Shown here: positions 25,075 to 37,130 of the stretch, in pieces | Layout of the letters: each line of letters opens with the position of its first letter | Numbering within the stretch: position 1 is the stretch's first letter | Origin: Callorhinchus milii | Taxonomy: Eukaryota | Assembly: GCF_018977255.1 (NCBI RefSeq) | Contig: NW_024704743.1 | Span: 103,542,001 to 103,606,000, forward strand | DNA: 64,000 nucleotides | Reading direction: 5' to 3' | Translations under genes and position numbers: made by a program | The notes under the pieces: model-generated | What the model was told of the DNA's origin: nothing | Databases searched by the model: none | What the model saw: the letters and a program-made list of their open reading frames with translations, nothing else

Positions 25075-25250
25075 CGAGTGATAACACTGTCTGGCAACCT
25101 TTCCCGCTGCTTGACTGGTTTGGACCACCTTACCCGTTAGGGCTTTGGCATGTAGGATTATCAGTAGCTGAATGGGAGGATTCCCTACCGCAAGTGATGG
25201 GTCTGCTTTCCAAATCCTGATGATGAGCCAGCCCGACTGTGCTGTCATCA
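25075..25250 (-). repeat. Unclassified interspersed repeat, copy 1 (may extend further right)
   Basis: Reverse complement aligns with 52099-52262: GGAATCCTCCCA.TCAGCT...GCCAAAGCCCTAA.GGGTA...GCCAGACA. Confidence 0.75.
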
Positions 25251-25684
25251 GCAGTGCCCTGAAGGACTCCGGATCCGCCTGGCTCAGGAACTGGTCGACC
25301 CAGACAGAGGGTTGGCTCAACTCCAACACTCCGCTGCCAACATGTCACTTTGGATCCAGTTCAGCTCCAAGGAGACACTACTCATCTCCCAAAGAGGATA
25401 GTCACTGGTTGATTATTTGACATCCAACAAACGTGGGTTTTAGCCCTCACCAGGTGGATGGTAGGTACCAGAAACTCCCTGCGAGCTTCATGATGGGCAA
25501 CACAGATCACAACATAAAGCTTTTTTTTTAACAAGTCCAGTGTCTTGACATCAACCACACTTCCTGGTAAACTGTTCTAGTCATTAGTTAACATCCAGGT
25601 AAAGAAATACTTCCTGGTATCTGTTCTAAAATTGCCCTTTGCTTACATTAAACCTGTGTCCTCTTGTTCTGCTATCTCAATGCA

Positions 25685-26322
25685 TCCAAAGTATGCATCC
25701 AAAATCACCAAGCCAGTCAGGAACCCAGGTGTCTTGTTCGACTCTCAACTGTCTTTTCTCTCCGACATTCAAGCCATGACCCGCTCTGCCTTCCCTCACC
25801 TCCGTAACATCGCTCGACTCTGCCACTACCTCACCCCTCAGGCCGTTGAAACTCTTGTTCATGCCTTCACCTCCAGGCTTGACTATGCAAATGCCCTGCT
25901 TGTCGGCCTTCCCAACTCCTCCCTCCACAGGCTGCAGATAATCCAGAACTCTGCAGCCCGTGTCCTCTCCAGCACCAAACTCCGTGACCCCATTTCTCCC
26001 ACTCTTGCCTGACACCACTGGCTCCCTATCCTTCAGAGGATCCAGTTCAAGATCCTGGTCCTCACATACAAAGCCATCCATGGCCTCGCCTCACCCTACC
26101 TCTGCGACCTCCTAATCTCCTACCAACCCGCCTCCTTCAAGTCCCGCCTCAAGACCCTCCTCTTCAACCATGCCATCGGCCATCCCCCTTCCCCTCCCTT
26201 CCCCCCCCCCTCCCCCATGACCCCAGCTCGGGTCTGAAATGCTGTACTCTGTCCAGCACCTTGGGACGTCCTCCCGACGTGAAAGGCGCTATACAAATGT
26301 AATCTTGTTGTTGTTGTTGTTG
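25685..26322 (+). mobile_element. L2 LINE 3' fragment with internal deletion
   Basis: VRNPGVLFDSQLSF...SRLDYANALL...LQIIQNSAARVL; intact tail with (TTG)n. Confidence 0.92.
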
Positions 26323-26950
26323 GCAGTTTACTTTCTCATTGCTATAATTGTCGCTGAAACCTTCAATCTCATACTTAATTAGATAGTTAAGCAATTCTTT
26401 ATTTGAATCTTATCTGATCTTGCCAGTGTACCACCAAACATATTTCTTTGAAATTACTGGAAGGTAATCTAAAAAAGATAAACAGATGCGTCAAGAATGC
26501 CACATCGACAACACTGAAAAGAAGCAAAATGGTTTCAGTAAATCCTAGACCAGTAAATCATCAACAAATCCTTTGACAACCCCCATATTCTTGGAAGAAA
26601 AATGATGGCCTCCTCATGATTGAACTCGCATAGTTCAGGCTGACACTCCTATGTCCCACAAACAACCATGGTGTGAGTAAACAATTTTATTTCGGGGGAT
26701 TTATTGGCCAGGACTGAGAGAAACTCCTTTTCTTAAATCATGATTATCTCAATGCCCTTGCAGACTCTCTTTATTGTTTTGAAGGTATCCAGTAGATGCT
26801 AACAAGTAGGATTTGGTGAGGTTGATTTATCATAAAAACCTTTCATTGTTACAGTTGACCTTTGTCAGTTTACAACCGTGGAATTCACTGCTGTGTGCAA
26901 TTGGCTGCTGCTTTCACCCATAAATATACAGTCAATACACTTTACAGTAT

Positions 26951-27051
26951 AAAATAAAACACAAAATGCTGCAGATGCTGGATATCTGAAAGCAGAAACA
27001 GAAGTCGCTGGGAACATTCAGAGTGTTCCGAGCAACTTTTGTTTTTGTTTT
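26951..27051. mobile_element. Penelope-like fold-back mini-insertion inside a SINE
   Basis: 12-bp direct repeat ACTTTACAGTAT at 26939-26950 and 27052-27063; AAAATGCTGCAGATGCTGGA start; ~31-bp inverted arms. Confidence 0.7.
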
Positions 27052-27414
27052 ACTTTACAGTATGCTCTGTGAAGCACTTTGAGACATCTAGAAGACTTGA
27101 AAAGCGCTATATCAAATGCAAGGATTATTATTATCCTCCCTTATAAAAGGTGTAGGTTTGATCTCAGAATGCCAAATTTATATCAACCATTCAACTAGAG
27201 GATATCAAATCAATCAGAGGAATAGACCTGATCTGTGTTTCGACAGATGTCCTCGATGTCTGAATCTGGATGCAGTGCTTGAATTAGATTCCTTGCCAAC
27301 TGCTTTGGGTCAAACATGGGGGAGGGGTTATATTCCCAGAGTGGTACCAATATGTGTGCAAAGGATTTGATATGCTCATGTGTAGCGAATCATGGTATCA
27401 TAGGTCATGGAGTT

Positions 27415-27860
27415 TTAAGCCTGGCTCGTTGGTAGCTCGTTGGTAGAGTTGGTAGCACTCTCACCTTTGAATCAGAAGATGTGGCTTGAAGCCCCTCATC
27501 GAGACATTGAACCAACATGATTAAAGTTGACTGTGCTGGGGGTGTGCTGCATTGTGGAGGTGCCATACGTCAGATGAGTTGTTGAACTGAGGACCCATCT
27601 ACCTGTTCAGGTATACATTTATGATCCCAAGGTACTACTCAAAAAGTTAAGGGAGTTTCTTCTGGTGCCCTGGTTAATTCCATCCCCCACCCCCACCCCC
27701 ACCCAATAAAATTGTGGAATATTGCTGTGTACTAATTGTCTGCCAAATTTGTTTACAAATACCCAATCACTACACATTACAGTAAATTTGGTGAAGCACA
27801 ATTAGATGTCCTCCCAATGTGAAAGGCAGTACTGTATGTCAGAAGCAAGGATTATTACTT
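27415..27860 (+). mobile_element. Older Deu-domain SINE, full length
   Basis: Head with stuttered (CTCGTTGGTAG)2, Deu core, L2-like tail GTCCTCCCAATGTGAAAGGC. Confidence 0.85.
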
Positions 27861-30139
27861 TTTTTATTACAAGGCAGAATCAGGTTTTGTGCTCTAGTGT
27901 TATTGTCCACATGAACTAATGTAACCTCACTCTCCTGCTCCCTCCCAATACTCTCCAATACTTGCTTGAAAGGAACGCTTGGTACTCTACTTCAATTAAG
28001 GGTTAGTGCAGAGAATTCCATATTCAAACCTCCCTGTGTAAAGAAACCTATGCAATCCAGCATTAGTGACCAAAATTCTGGCTGGTGGAAGAAGTCTAAA
28101 GTGAAGATATTATTGCTTGTGAATGTAATTTGTCACTGAGCCACTTTCAGTTACTAGATTTTTACACTTATCAATTAATTTAATGAGCCAGTTAAGCATT
28201 GAAATGTTCTCAAGGATGGCAGTCCAGCTGTGGAGGGTGGGAACGTGCTGCATAATGGAGGAGCACCAAGGTCGTGAAGAGTGTTGTTCACAGCAGGTGC
28301 AGCAAGGTCCAGTGGAGGAAGCACTGGAGCAAGGTGATCACCTCTTTCGGTGTGGGGAAAGCACATCACAATGTGGAGGAGGCATGTGGTGTGGCAAGAC
28401 ATGACCTCTTGAGTCTGTGAGTCTTGACAGATCTTCTGGGACGTTCAGAAAAAACTGAATAAATTCAAAAGACATGCTTAGCTACAGTTTTATTAAATTC
28501 ATAAATTAAGTCCGGAGCATACAGACATACACGTAATATATAATGTATACTGTCGGAAATTGTATTTGTACATTTAATTGGGCAATCACTTTAAAAATGC
28601 TTTATGAATAGTAATAATTATGCTCGTAGTGGGCCTTAAAAATGCCATTGTTGCAGGAAAGTATTAATTTTCCTGAAGTCCTATGATCCAAGGCAAAAGT
28701 GGCATTTAATCAAAAGGCATGGAGAGCAAAAATTGTTGGACACACATTGCTGTAAATGCTGACACTCTTGAGGAGGTAATTATAGATATTTGGCAGGGAG
28801 AAGATTGTCGCTGTGGCAGAGTGGTAAGACATTTCATCAGCGTGACAATGCGTGATTTGAAATACAGTAGGTGTTATTATATCATCTGCTTGCAACATGT
28901 GATTGTACGCAGATTTTTTTATCACACCTGCAATAGCATCACTCCATTTGTGTCATGGATCACAGCAATGCTTTGCAGTATCCAAGTGGATGTGTATTCG
29001 TTTCCATGGATGATGGGCTTTGTGCTCTCTTCTTAGAACAAGGAGAACACAGTGGAGTGAGTCTCTGCTGCATCACAAGAGCTGCTCACAGCTAAGCAAC
29101 TGTTGCCACCATCGCCACTTAATGATAAATACCAGTATTGAAACATCCACTGCAAGAGATTTAAGTGTAGTAGAGGAAGCTCTCGACTAAACAATATAAG
29201 CATCACTTTTTCAAACATAGCAACTGCAGTTTACCTCAATCACTTGCCTTATTGGGACATCCTCCCGACATGAAAAGCGCTCTATAAACGTAATTTTGTT
29301 GTTGTTGTTGTTATTGTAAGAACCTCAACTCCAAGTCTGGGTACATAACAATAATCCTTGCATGTGATACAGCACCTATGATATCAAGATCACACCAATA
29401 GTCAATGTACCCATGTCTACCAACATAAATTATGTAGAACTCAATGAAATGAAAGTAACCAAAGTAAAATTCTTAGCAACCTCACCAATGTTTCTCACCC
29501 TTGGTGGGCAAATTTTCAGCCATCTGTCTCCACTGCCTAGAACGTTCTGGAATCCCTATACTTTACTCTGCACTTCTCGCCTTCAAAACCTATTTTTTTA
29601 CTGTTCTTTTGGTCACCTTTGCCCACCCCTACCCCCACCCTCCATCTCCAGCTCAGGCTTCCTTTCAGGTGTCTAAGTACTTGAAGATCTCTTCACAATG
29701 TGAAGAGTACTATATAAACATAAAGTGTTGAATTGTTGTTGTTCTAATGTCTATTTTAATACAGTTCTACAAACCTATTGTTCCGATGTGTAATATTTGA
29801 TGGCTTCTCTAATCTCTAACAAGTTCCCAACGTCCTAACACACACATCTGTTAACGCTCAACAAAAGATTCAATAACAGCAGGTATAAAATACATCCCAG
29901 TATTTACCACCTCTGTACCCCCAGTGAACATAACACGAGGACTTCAAGCATGCCTGCAGGACAATCTGAGAGAATGACAGATGCACACATTGATTGTATT
30001 TCAAAGCTTCTCAGCTAGCAAAGAAGCTGTCCAGCCATGCTTCATTTTCAATTGGAGAAGCACATAGTTCAGCAATCACTCAAGGCACACATAAAAGTTC
30101 ATGCAAAAAAAGAAAATCACAACAATAAAAGCATTCTAT

Positions 30140-30550
30140 TGTCAGCCTGGCTCATTTGTTAGCTCTCTCACCTCCGAGTCAGTAGTGGGTTCAAGCAGGC
30201 TAATAATTCTTGCAGTGCGGGGAGTGTATTTCATTGTTGGAGGTGCTGTTCGTTCAAATGAGATATTAAATCGAAGTTCTGTCTGCCTGTTCTGATGTTA
30301 AGAATCCCATGGAACTATTCAAAAAGAAATTTTTTATGCAAAGGGAATGTATCCTGGTATCCTGGCCAAATCTTCCACCCAAAACATTGGTCATTTGCAT
30401 TACTGTGTATAAATTGGCTGCTGCATTCATCTATAAATACACACATTCATCTATAAATATACACTTTACAGTAAAATCCTGAAGCACTTTGACATATCTT
30501 GATGATAGGATAAGGCACTACATCCAAATGCAAGGATTATTATGATTATT
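30140..30550 (+). mobile_element. Older Deu-domain SINE, full length
   Basis: TGTCAGCCTGGCTCA head, ATGAGATATTAAATCGAAG core, tail CAAATGCAAGGATTATT; internal 20-bp duplication CATTCATCTATAAATA(C/T)ACA. Confidence 0.85.
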
Positions 30551-31909
30551 ATTCACCAGTGAATCTAAAGGAAATAACTTACAATCCCATTGTGCATTAT
30601 CACATTGGAAAGTCTCATAAGTGTTTGACAAACATTTACTATAAAGTTTAGTGACTGTTTTTAACGATAGTAAAATCTGCAATTTTAAATAAATCAATGC
30701 TGATTTTGCACAATTTCCTGGAACGTAAATTATTTTCATCTTTGTAACCCAGTTATAAAGCTGTGACCATTAACCAAGATGAAATAATGCCTTTCACAGA
30801 AAAACATATGTAGCAAAGGAGGAGAGCCATTACTCTTGAATGCTGTTGAGTCCATATGAAATGAGTCTGTTTGGCTATGTTTATTCAAAATAAGATTTAT
30901 AATATTTTGCTGGAGCTTTCTTCTGGTTTGCTCTTGCACTATTGGAGCTAATCCTGCTCTGGTTTCATTCTATCAGCCTCATTCAATAGGACATCCTCTT
31001 GCTTCTGAGTCAGAAGGTTGTCGGTTCAACCTTCTGAGACTTTTCAATGTGATAACGCACAAGAGGATTGTAAGTTATTTCTTTTAGATTCGCTGGTGAA
31101 TAATAATCATAATTGCAGACTTTTAGAGCTGCCATCCTTCAGATCTGGAATTAAACAGTGGTCCCCTCTGCCTATTCAGTTGGACGTTAAAGATCCCACG
31201 GCACTATTTGAAAAGAAAAGAGAGATTCTCCTGGTGTCCTGGTCAACAATCCCCCAGAAAAATGTTCATTCGCCTTATGTGAGACATTACTACTACTAAT
31301 AATAATAATTCTTACATTTGATATAGCGCCTTATCACTTCTCAAAGTGCTTCACAGAATATACTGTAAAATGAGTTGACTGTATATTTTGGGGGTGAAAT
31401 TATTGTGTGCAAGCTGGCTGCCCCCAAAAAGTCCAGTAATAAAAGCTCATTGCCTTTGTGAGGCAATCAAGAGGTGCTTTGTGACATTGTCTTAAGTAAA
31501 TAAGTGGAAATTGTTGTTGACTGGGGGTGTCTGAGATCTATTTATGCGAATGGGTTTGTTCCAGAAATTGTTGTATTCTAGGAAAATAAGGTTGTAAAGT
31601 TATTTTCTGAAAAACAAAAGCCACCTGAAAAAGTTACAGAGCACTCCATTTGTACATGACCTACTCTGTAGACAACAATGAACATGCAGGACCCCTGTAA
31701 AGCGAGTATCTAGGGCTGCCTCCATGCTTTCTGAAACCATTACACTCTTGAACTTTCTGCTTGGGAGGATAAACATTTTGGTGCCAGGGTCTTCAAAGCC
31801 ACTCAGAAGGTGTAGCTCCTCCGAGAATTTAGGTGAGAAATGCCTCTTGGTGCTAAGTGCATTGAGTTTGATGATGTGAACTTTCAAGTGAATTTCTCCC
31901 ATCATCAAT

Positions 31910-32255
31910 CATTCTTCCCATTCAGCTCCTGTTAACCCTGCAAGTCAAAGCTCTAATGGACAGGATGGTCTTAACTGGAAGTAGCAGGAAGCTTGCCAGA
32001 CAGTGCCCTCAATGGCAAGCTATGCAACTTTATCTGGTGAAATTACAGCAACAGTGTCTCAATACATGTCCATAGATCCCCAAACCTTGGCCAAAAGGAT
32101 TAGGTGAACAAGGTGCAACCCTTAGGGGAATCAGATGGAGGAAAGATTGCACACTCCAAGCCAAACAAATGGTAAGTAGTTTGACTAATATAATCGTAGG
32201 CATGGTGATGAGTGTCTACGTGTGCCAGACATTCGGCTGTCCAAAAGAAAATCAG
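31910..32255 (+). repeat. Unclassified interspersed repeat, copy 2
   Basis: TCAGCTCCTGTTAACCCTGCAAGTCAAAG...CTTGCCAGACA...AATGGCAAGCTATGCA...GCATGGTGATG aligns with 52165-52545. Confidence 0.8.
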
Positions 32256-32304
32256 TGTTATTACACAACGGTAAGATTTCTTCCTTGTCTTGTGTCATTG
32301 TGTG

Positions 32305-32910
32305 ACCAGGCTCCCTCTGCTTCCTCATCCTCCTAGACCTCTCTGCTACTTTTGTCACAGTCAACCACGCTAGCCTTCTTCACCTGCCTCTCCTCCCTCA
32401 TCCACCTGAATGGGACCGCACTCTCCTATTTAGAGTCCTACTTAACCCACCACCATAATTTTTCATCAACACAAATGGTTTCTCCTCCCGATCCCACTAG
32501 ATCACCCGCTGGAATTTGAGTATGGTGTACTCAAAGGCTCTATACTTTGGCCCCTCCTTTTCTTTATTTACATGCTTCCTCTCGGCGATGTCATCCGATG
32601 TATATGGACAACATCGAAATATACTTTTTTTCCTCCATCCATGTTCTGTCCTTTTGCTTGTCAGACATCAAGCTCTGGATGAGCGCCAACTTTATGCAGC
32701 TGAATATTGTCAAGACAAAAACTATGTTTCTTGGCTCCTGTCAACATTTTCTCTCCCGCGGCTCCAACCTCCTTAAACTCCCCAACCTATTGCCCTGGGC
32801 TCATTGAACCTGCACACAACCTAAGCATCAGGTTCGATACCCAGCTTTGATCCCTACCACACATCTTGCATCTGAAGACCTTTCAATTTGACCATGCCTA
32901 TGGTCACATC
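32305..32910 (+). mobile_element. Degraded L2 RT-region fragment
   Basis: LILLDLSATFVTVNH, GVLKGSILWPLLF and CLSDIKLWMSANFMQLN..KT motifs. Confidence 0.8.
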
Positions 32911-32959
32911 TTTGTTACTATACAAAAAGAGAAGTGAGTATTCCTGCCTCACAATTCCA

Positions 32960-33320
32960 ATAATAATAATCTTTGTATTTGATATAATGCCTTTCATGTC
33001 AGGAGGACATCTCAATGCACTTCAGCGGATTTAATGTAAAGAGTAGTTAGTGTAGTTGTAGATGAACACAGCAGCTAATTTGTACACACCAGTGTCCCAC
33101 AAACAGGCTTGAAATGAAAGATCAATCTTATCTAAGGAGCTATTTGTCAGGACACTGTAAGAAACTCCCTTCCCTTTTTGAAAAATGGCATGAGATCTTT
33201 AATATCCACCTGAACAGGTCGACAAGATGATAGTTTAAAGTCAACAATACAGCACCCCCAACAATACAGCACACACCCAGCACTGCATCGCAGTGTAGGT
33301 CTAGGGTATGTGAGTTCAAA
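32960..33320 (-). mobile_element. Older Deu-domain SINE
   Basis: (AAT)n tail, GTGTCCCACAAACAG, GATCTTTAATATCCACCTGAACAGG. Confidence 0.8.
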
Positions 33321-36250
33321 ATTGTGTCAATTCACCTCGTAATGTTAGTGGGATCTTGCTCGCACAAAATAGTTGGCATATTTGCCTAAAAAGTATATAC
33401 CCAGTCATATTTTATACAACTCAAAACGATCCCGTTAGGGAAGACAGAATGTTTCAATGTTAACGTTTTTAAATTGCATGATCATTATTTTACTGACACA
33501 AGATTTATACAAGTCATCTACTTGTAATCAAGCCAAGTTTCCTAAATATAATATTTAGCAAATATGGTTGTTGCTTAATAATTTATTTTATAAAATGATT
33601 TATTATGCATGAGCATCTGCATTGAATTGTCATTGATAAATTCAATTGCAATTGTGAAATTTCATTTACGGGATTAAGATTACTAAAGCCACTACAAAAC
33701 TGAACTCTCCTAATAAGAAGAAATGTATCTTATCAAACTGCTTCAATTCACCAAGGGCATTTATTATCACTGATTATATTTTGAAGAGAAAGAATCAAAT
33801 GTCCCTGTAAAATTTAGCAATGCTGTTATCTTTTTTGCACATTTGATTAAAAGCTAGTTTTAACTTGTTTAAATGCAACATTTAATCAAACCATAGTAAC
33901 ACAGTTTCTTGTACATCAAAGCTTGCATTTTGAAGACACAACTGCAGCTCAAATATTACGCCTATAAAGTTTTTCATAGGGCTTCCTAATGAGTCATTTT
34001 CATGGAAGAAGAAACACTATATTCAATTATTATGAATTGAATATAATGCTGACTATAAAAGGTATGTTATACAGTGCTTAGCATCTCATATTCTCTGCCT
34101 TTCATAAGATGCTCCTACAATTAAATAGAATACTCTCATTATCCCCAGTTTCCTTAAAACAACTGCAAATTATTACAACAAATGGAAATTATTAGTGGTA
34201 ATTTGCATTCTGCATTTTCCCTGCCCGTCTGTATGTGTCAAAACAAAATTTTAAAAGTATTTGTTCAACGATATTCACTTACTGCTTACCAATATTAATC
34301 TTTTGTCGTAGATATTTTACAGTGTAATAGATTGTTATTTTGATTGTTCCAAACAGCTTCACAAAAAGTCATGTTTTCATTTACCTGTTACATTAATAAT
34401 AGCTTGACATTGTACATTCTTGCCATGATATTTGGGGTCTGGTTTCTGTTTATCAAATGCACTTAGCAGCCATTAACTTTCTAAGGAGATGACCCCTTCC
34501 AAGTACTGCCAGATAATAGCATCACTAGAGCCAGAATGGTGTGCTCTGACTTTTATTATCCTTAGATTGAATATCACACCATATCACATCGTCAAAACAC
34601 AATTTGTACCGTCCAGTGTAGTCACAAACAGCCATGAAATAAATGATTTTTTTTATTCGCAAGATGGTTGGCCAGGACACCAGGAGAAACTCCCTTCTCT
34701 TTTTCAGTAGTGCCATGGGTTTTAGCGTCTACCTGAACAGGCAGACAAAGCCTTGGTTTAATGCGTCAGCCAAAGAACGACACCTCCAACAATCAATCTC
34801 TCAACCATAACCTCATGCCGGAAAAACAGACATTATCCATTTTCTCTGTCTGCTTGACCACAATTAATCCTCAGATTAGTTGTTGAAAGTCTTACATTAA
34901 CCGATAGCTAATATTTCTGTAGTCAATCCAGTTCCACTACAAGATAGGACAAGCTGGACAGCCTCAAATTTTCATTACCATCACCAAAATCAATTTGATA
35001 TGGGGAAGAAAATACTAAAAACAGAACACTCTTTATTGTATATACTCAAAAATTTAATTTAATTTTCTTAAGTAAAATCCATTGGAACAATTTTGTTCAA
35101 AATTTCTATTTCTACATGACTCCTTTGTAGGAATGGTAGCATCATCAACAACAGCAACTTGCATTTATATAATGTCCTTCATGTATGGTATCATATTAGA
35201 AAACTACAATGATGAATGATCAAAGCAAAGCTCTATTCAAATGAGACGGAATTTCTCCCCACGTGCCAGCCAATAATCCTCCAAATAAAATCGGTTTGTT
35301 AGTTAATGGCCTTTTGTGGGACATTGCTGTGCACTAATTGGCTGCTATGTTTAACTACAAATACAATCCCTCCAATTTACAGTAAAATCCTTTGAAGAGC
35401 TTTGAGATGTTTCAAAGTGATTAAGTGCTGTATCAAATGCAATAGTGTTATATTATACCTCTATATTCACAGCAATTGAATTACAATATTAATATTAATC
35501 AGTAGTAGCACTAAATTAATAAAAACACACCCCATAGAGTGCGATTGGAGATCTTTTTACTGAGACTAGCCTGCTGAAAGGAACACCTCAGAAAACCAGG
35601 TCAAATGGACAAAATGTGAAATGTGGATATATGACATGTTGACATTTCATATATAATTTATTTTTTGCCAATTTTGCTTTCAGAGTTTAAGGGTCATTTC
35701 ATAGACTGTTAGAAAATATAATAAAATCCTGTTATTGAAATGTAGATATATGCAGTTTATAGACTGATTCTATAAAGATTCAAAACCTGTGTTCACTGCA
35801 GACACAAGATGGATGAATGGGTAGTGGAGATGAATGGGTGAGTCAGTGGCTCAGACCTGTGGCTGACTAACCATGACTACAAGTGGGAGGCAGACTGTTT
35901 TTGTGCAAGTCAAGCTAACAGTGATTGAGGAACTGCACAGGTAAGATGGCTTCTGGGTAAATGTTCAGGAGAGAGCACTGTCATATCAAGCAAATACGAA
36001 AGACTGATCGGATAGATTAAAAAAATGTACCTGTGAATATTTTTAATCTCCAAGTTGTACAATACAAATAAAGTTGTCATAATAATATTGCACTGGTAGG
36101 ATTTTCTTAACATGTATACTGTTGAATTATGTAGTAGGTTTATATACTTTATATACCCTTGCAGATCACTTGTTACATAACCTCTGACAACCTAATAAAT
36201 GAGTCATTATTGATGCTGAAGATTGATGTCCTGCAATTGTTCTTGATCAG

Positions 36251-37130
36251 GTGTCAGCCTAGCTCAGTTAATTACTTTCTCAGGTATATTTAGTTTCATG
36301 TCAGGACTTTGAGCACACAGTCCAAACCTGACATTCCAATGCATTGCTTGGGTGTGCTCCATTGTTGGAGATGCCATCTTTCAAATGGGATATTGAACTG
36401 AAATCTCATCTGCTTGTTGAGGTAAACGGTAAAGATCCCATTGCACTATTGAAAAAGAGAGACAGTCTCTCCTAGTGTCCAGGCCAATAATCACCCATAT
36501 ACAATTGGTCATTCACGTAATGGCTCTTTGTAGGACATTGCTGTGTGCAAATTGGCTGCCATGTTTGCCTATGAAACATAGTCATAACATAACATAACAT
36601 GTAGGAGCAGGAGTAGGCCATTCGGCCCTTCGAGCCTGCCCCGCCATTTAATCATGGCTGATCTTCTAATCTAACTCCAGCTAATAACCTGACCCTGCCT
36701 TATCCCCATATCCCTTAATCCCTTTTGCAGTAAGAAATCTATCTATCTCAGTCTTGAATATGTTCAAGGACTGAGCGTCAACAGCCCTTTGGGGTAGTGA
36801 GTTCCATACATTCACCACCCTTTGAGTGAAGAAGTTCTTCCTCAACTCAGTGTGAAAGGGCTGGCCTCTGATTTTAAGATTGTGACCCCTGGTTTTAGTT
36901 TCTCCAACCAGGAGAAACAATCTCCCGTTATCTACTCTATCATGCCCTTTGATGATCTTATAGGTTTCTATAAGATCCCCTCTAATTCTTCTTTATTCTA
37001 GAGAATATAGGTCCAAATTGGTCAGCCTATCCTCGTAACAGTCATTATACTTTTTTGTATACGAGCTGTAAAATCCTAGAATTAAAAGCACAAAAATCCT
37101 GTGAAGCGCCTTGAGATACCTTGATGATGT
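36251..37130 (+). mobile_element. Older Deu-domain SINE interrupted by CR1
   Basis: Head GTGTCAGCCTAGCTCAG, Deu core to 36585, tail resumes at 37040. Confidence 0.8.
36586..37039 (-). mobile_element. CR1 LINE 3' fragment
   Basis: TRGHNLKI...RKNFFTQRVVNVWNSLP peptide; (AACAT)n tail; AGTCAT duplication at 36580-36585 and 37040-37045. Confidence 0.92.

Noticed and set aside
25217..25240. Hammerhead core CTGATGA
   Set aside because: I could not find a matching stem II and GAAA at a suitable distance.
28255..28400. Possible L1/Tx1 ORF2 C-terminal remnant
   Set aside because: Only loose resemblance from memory (ECC...SKVQ...WGK); not supportable without a search.
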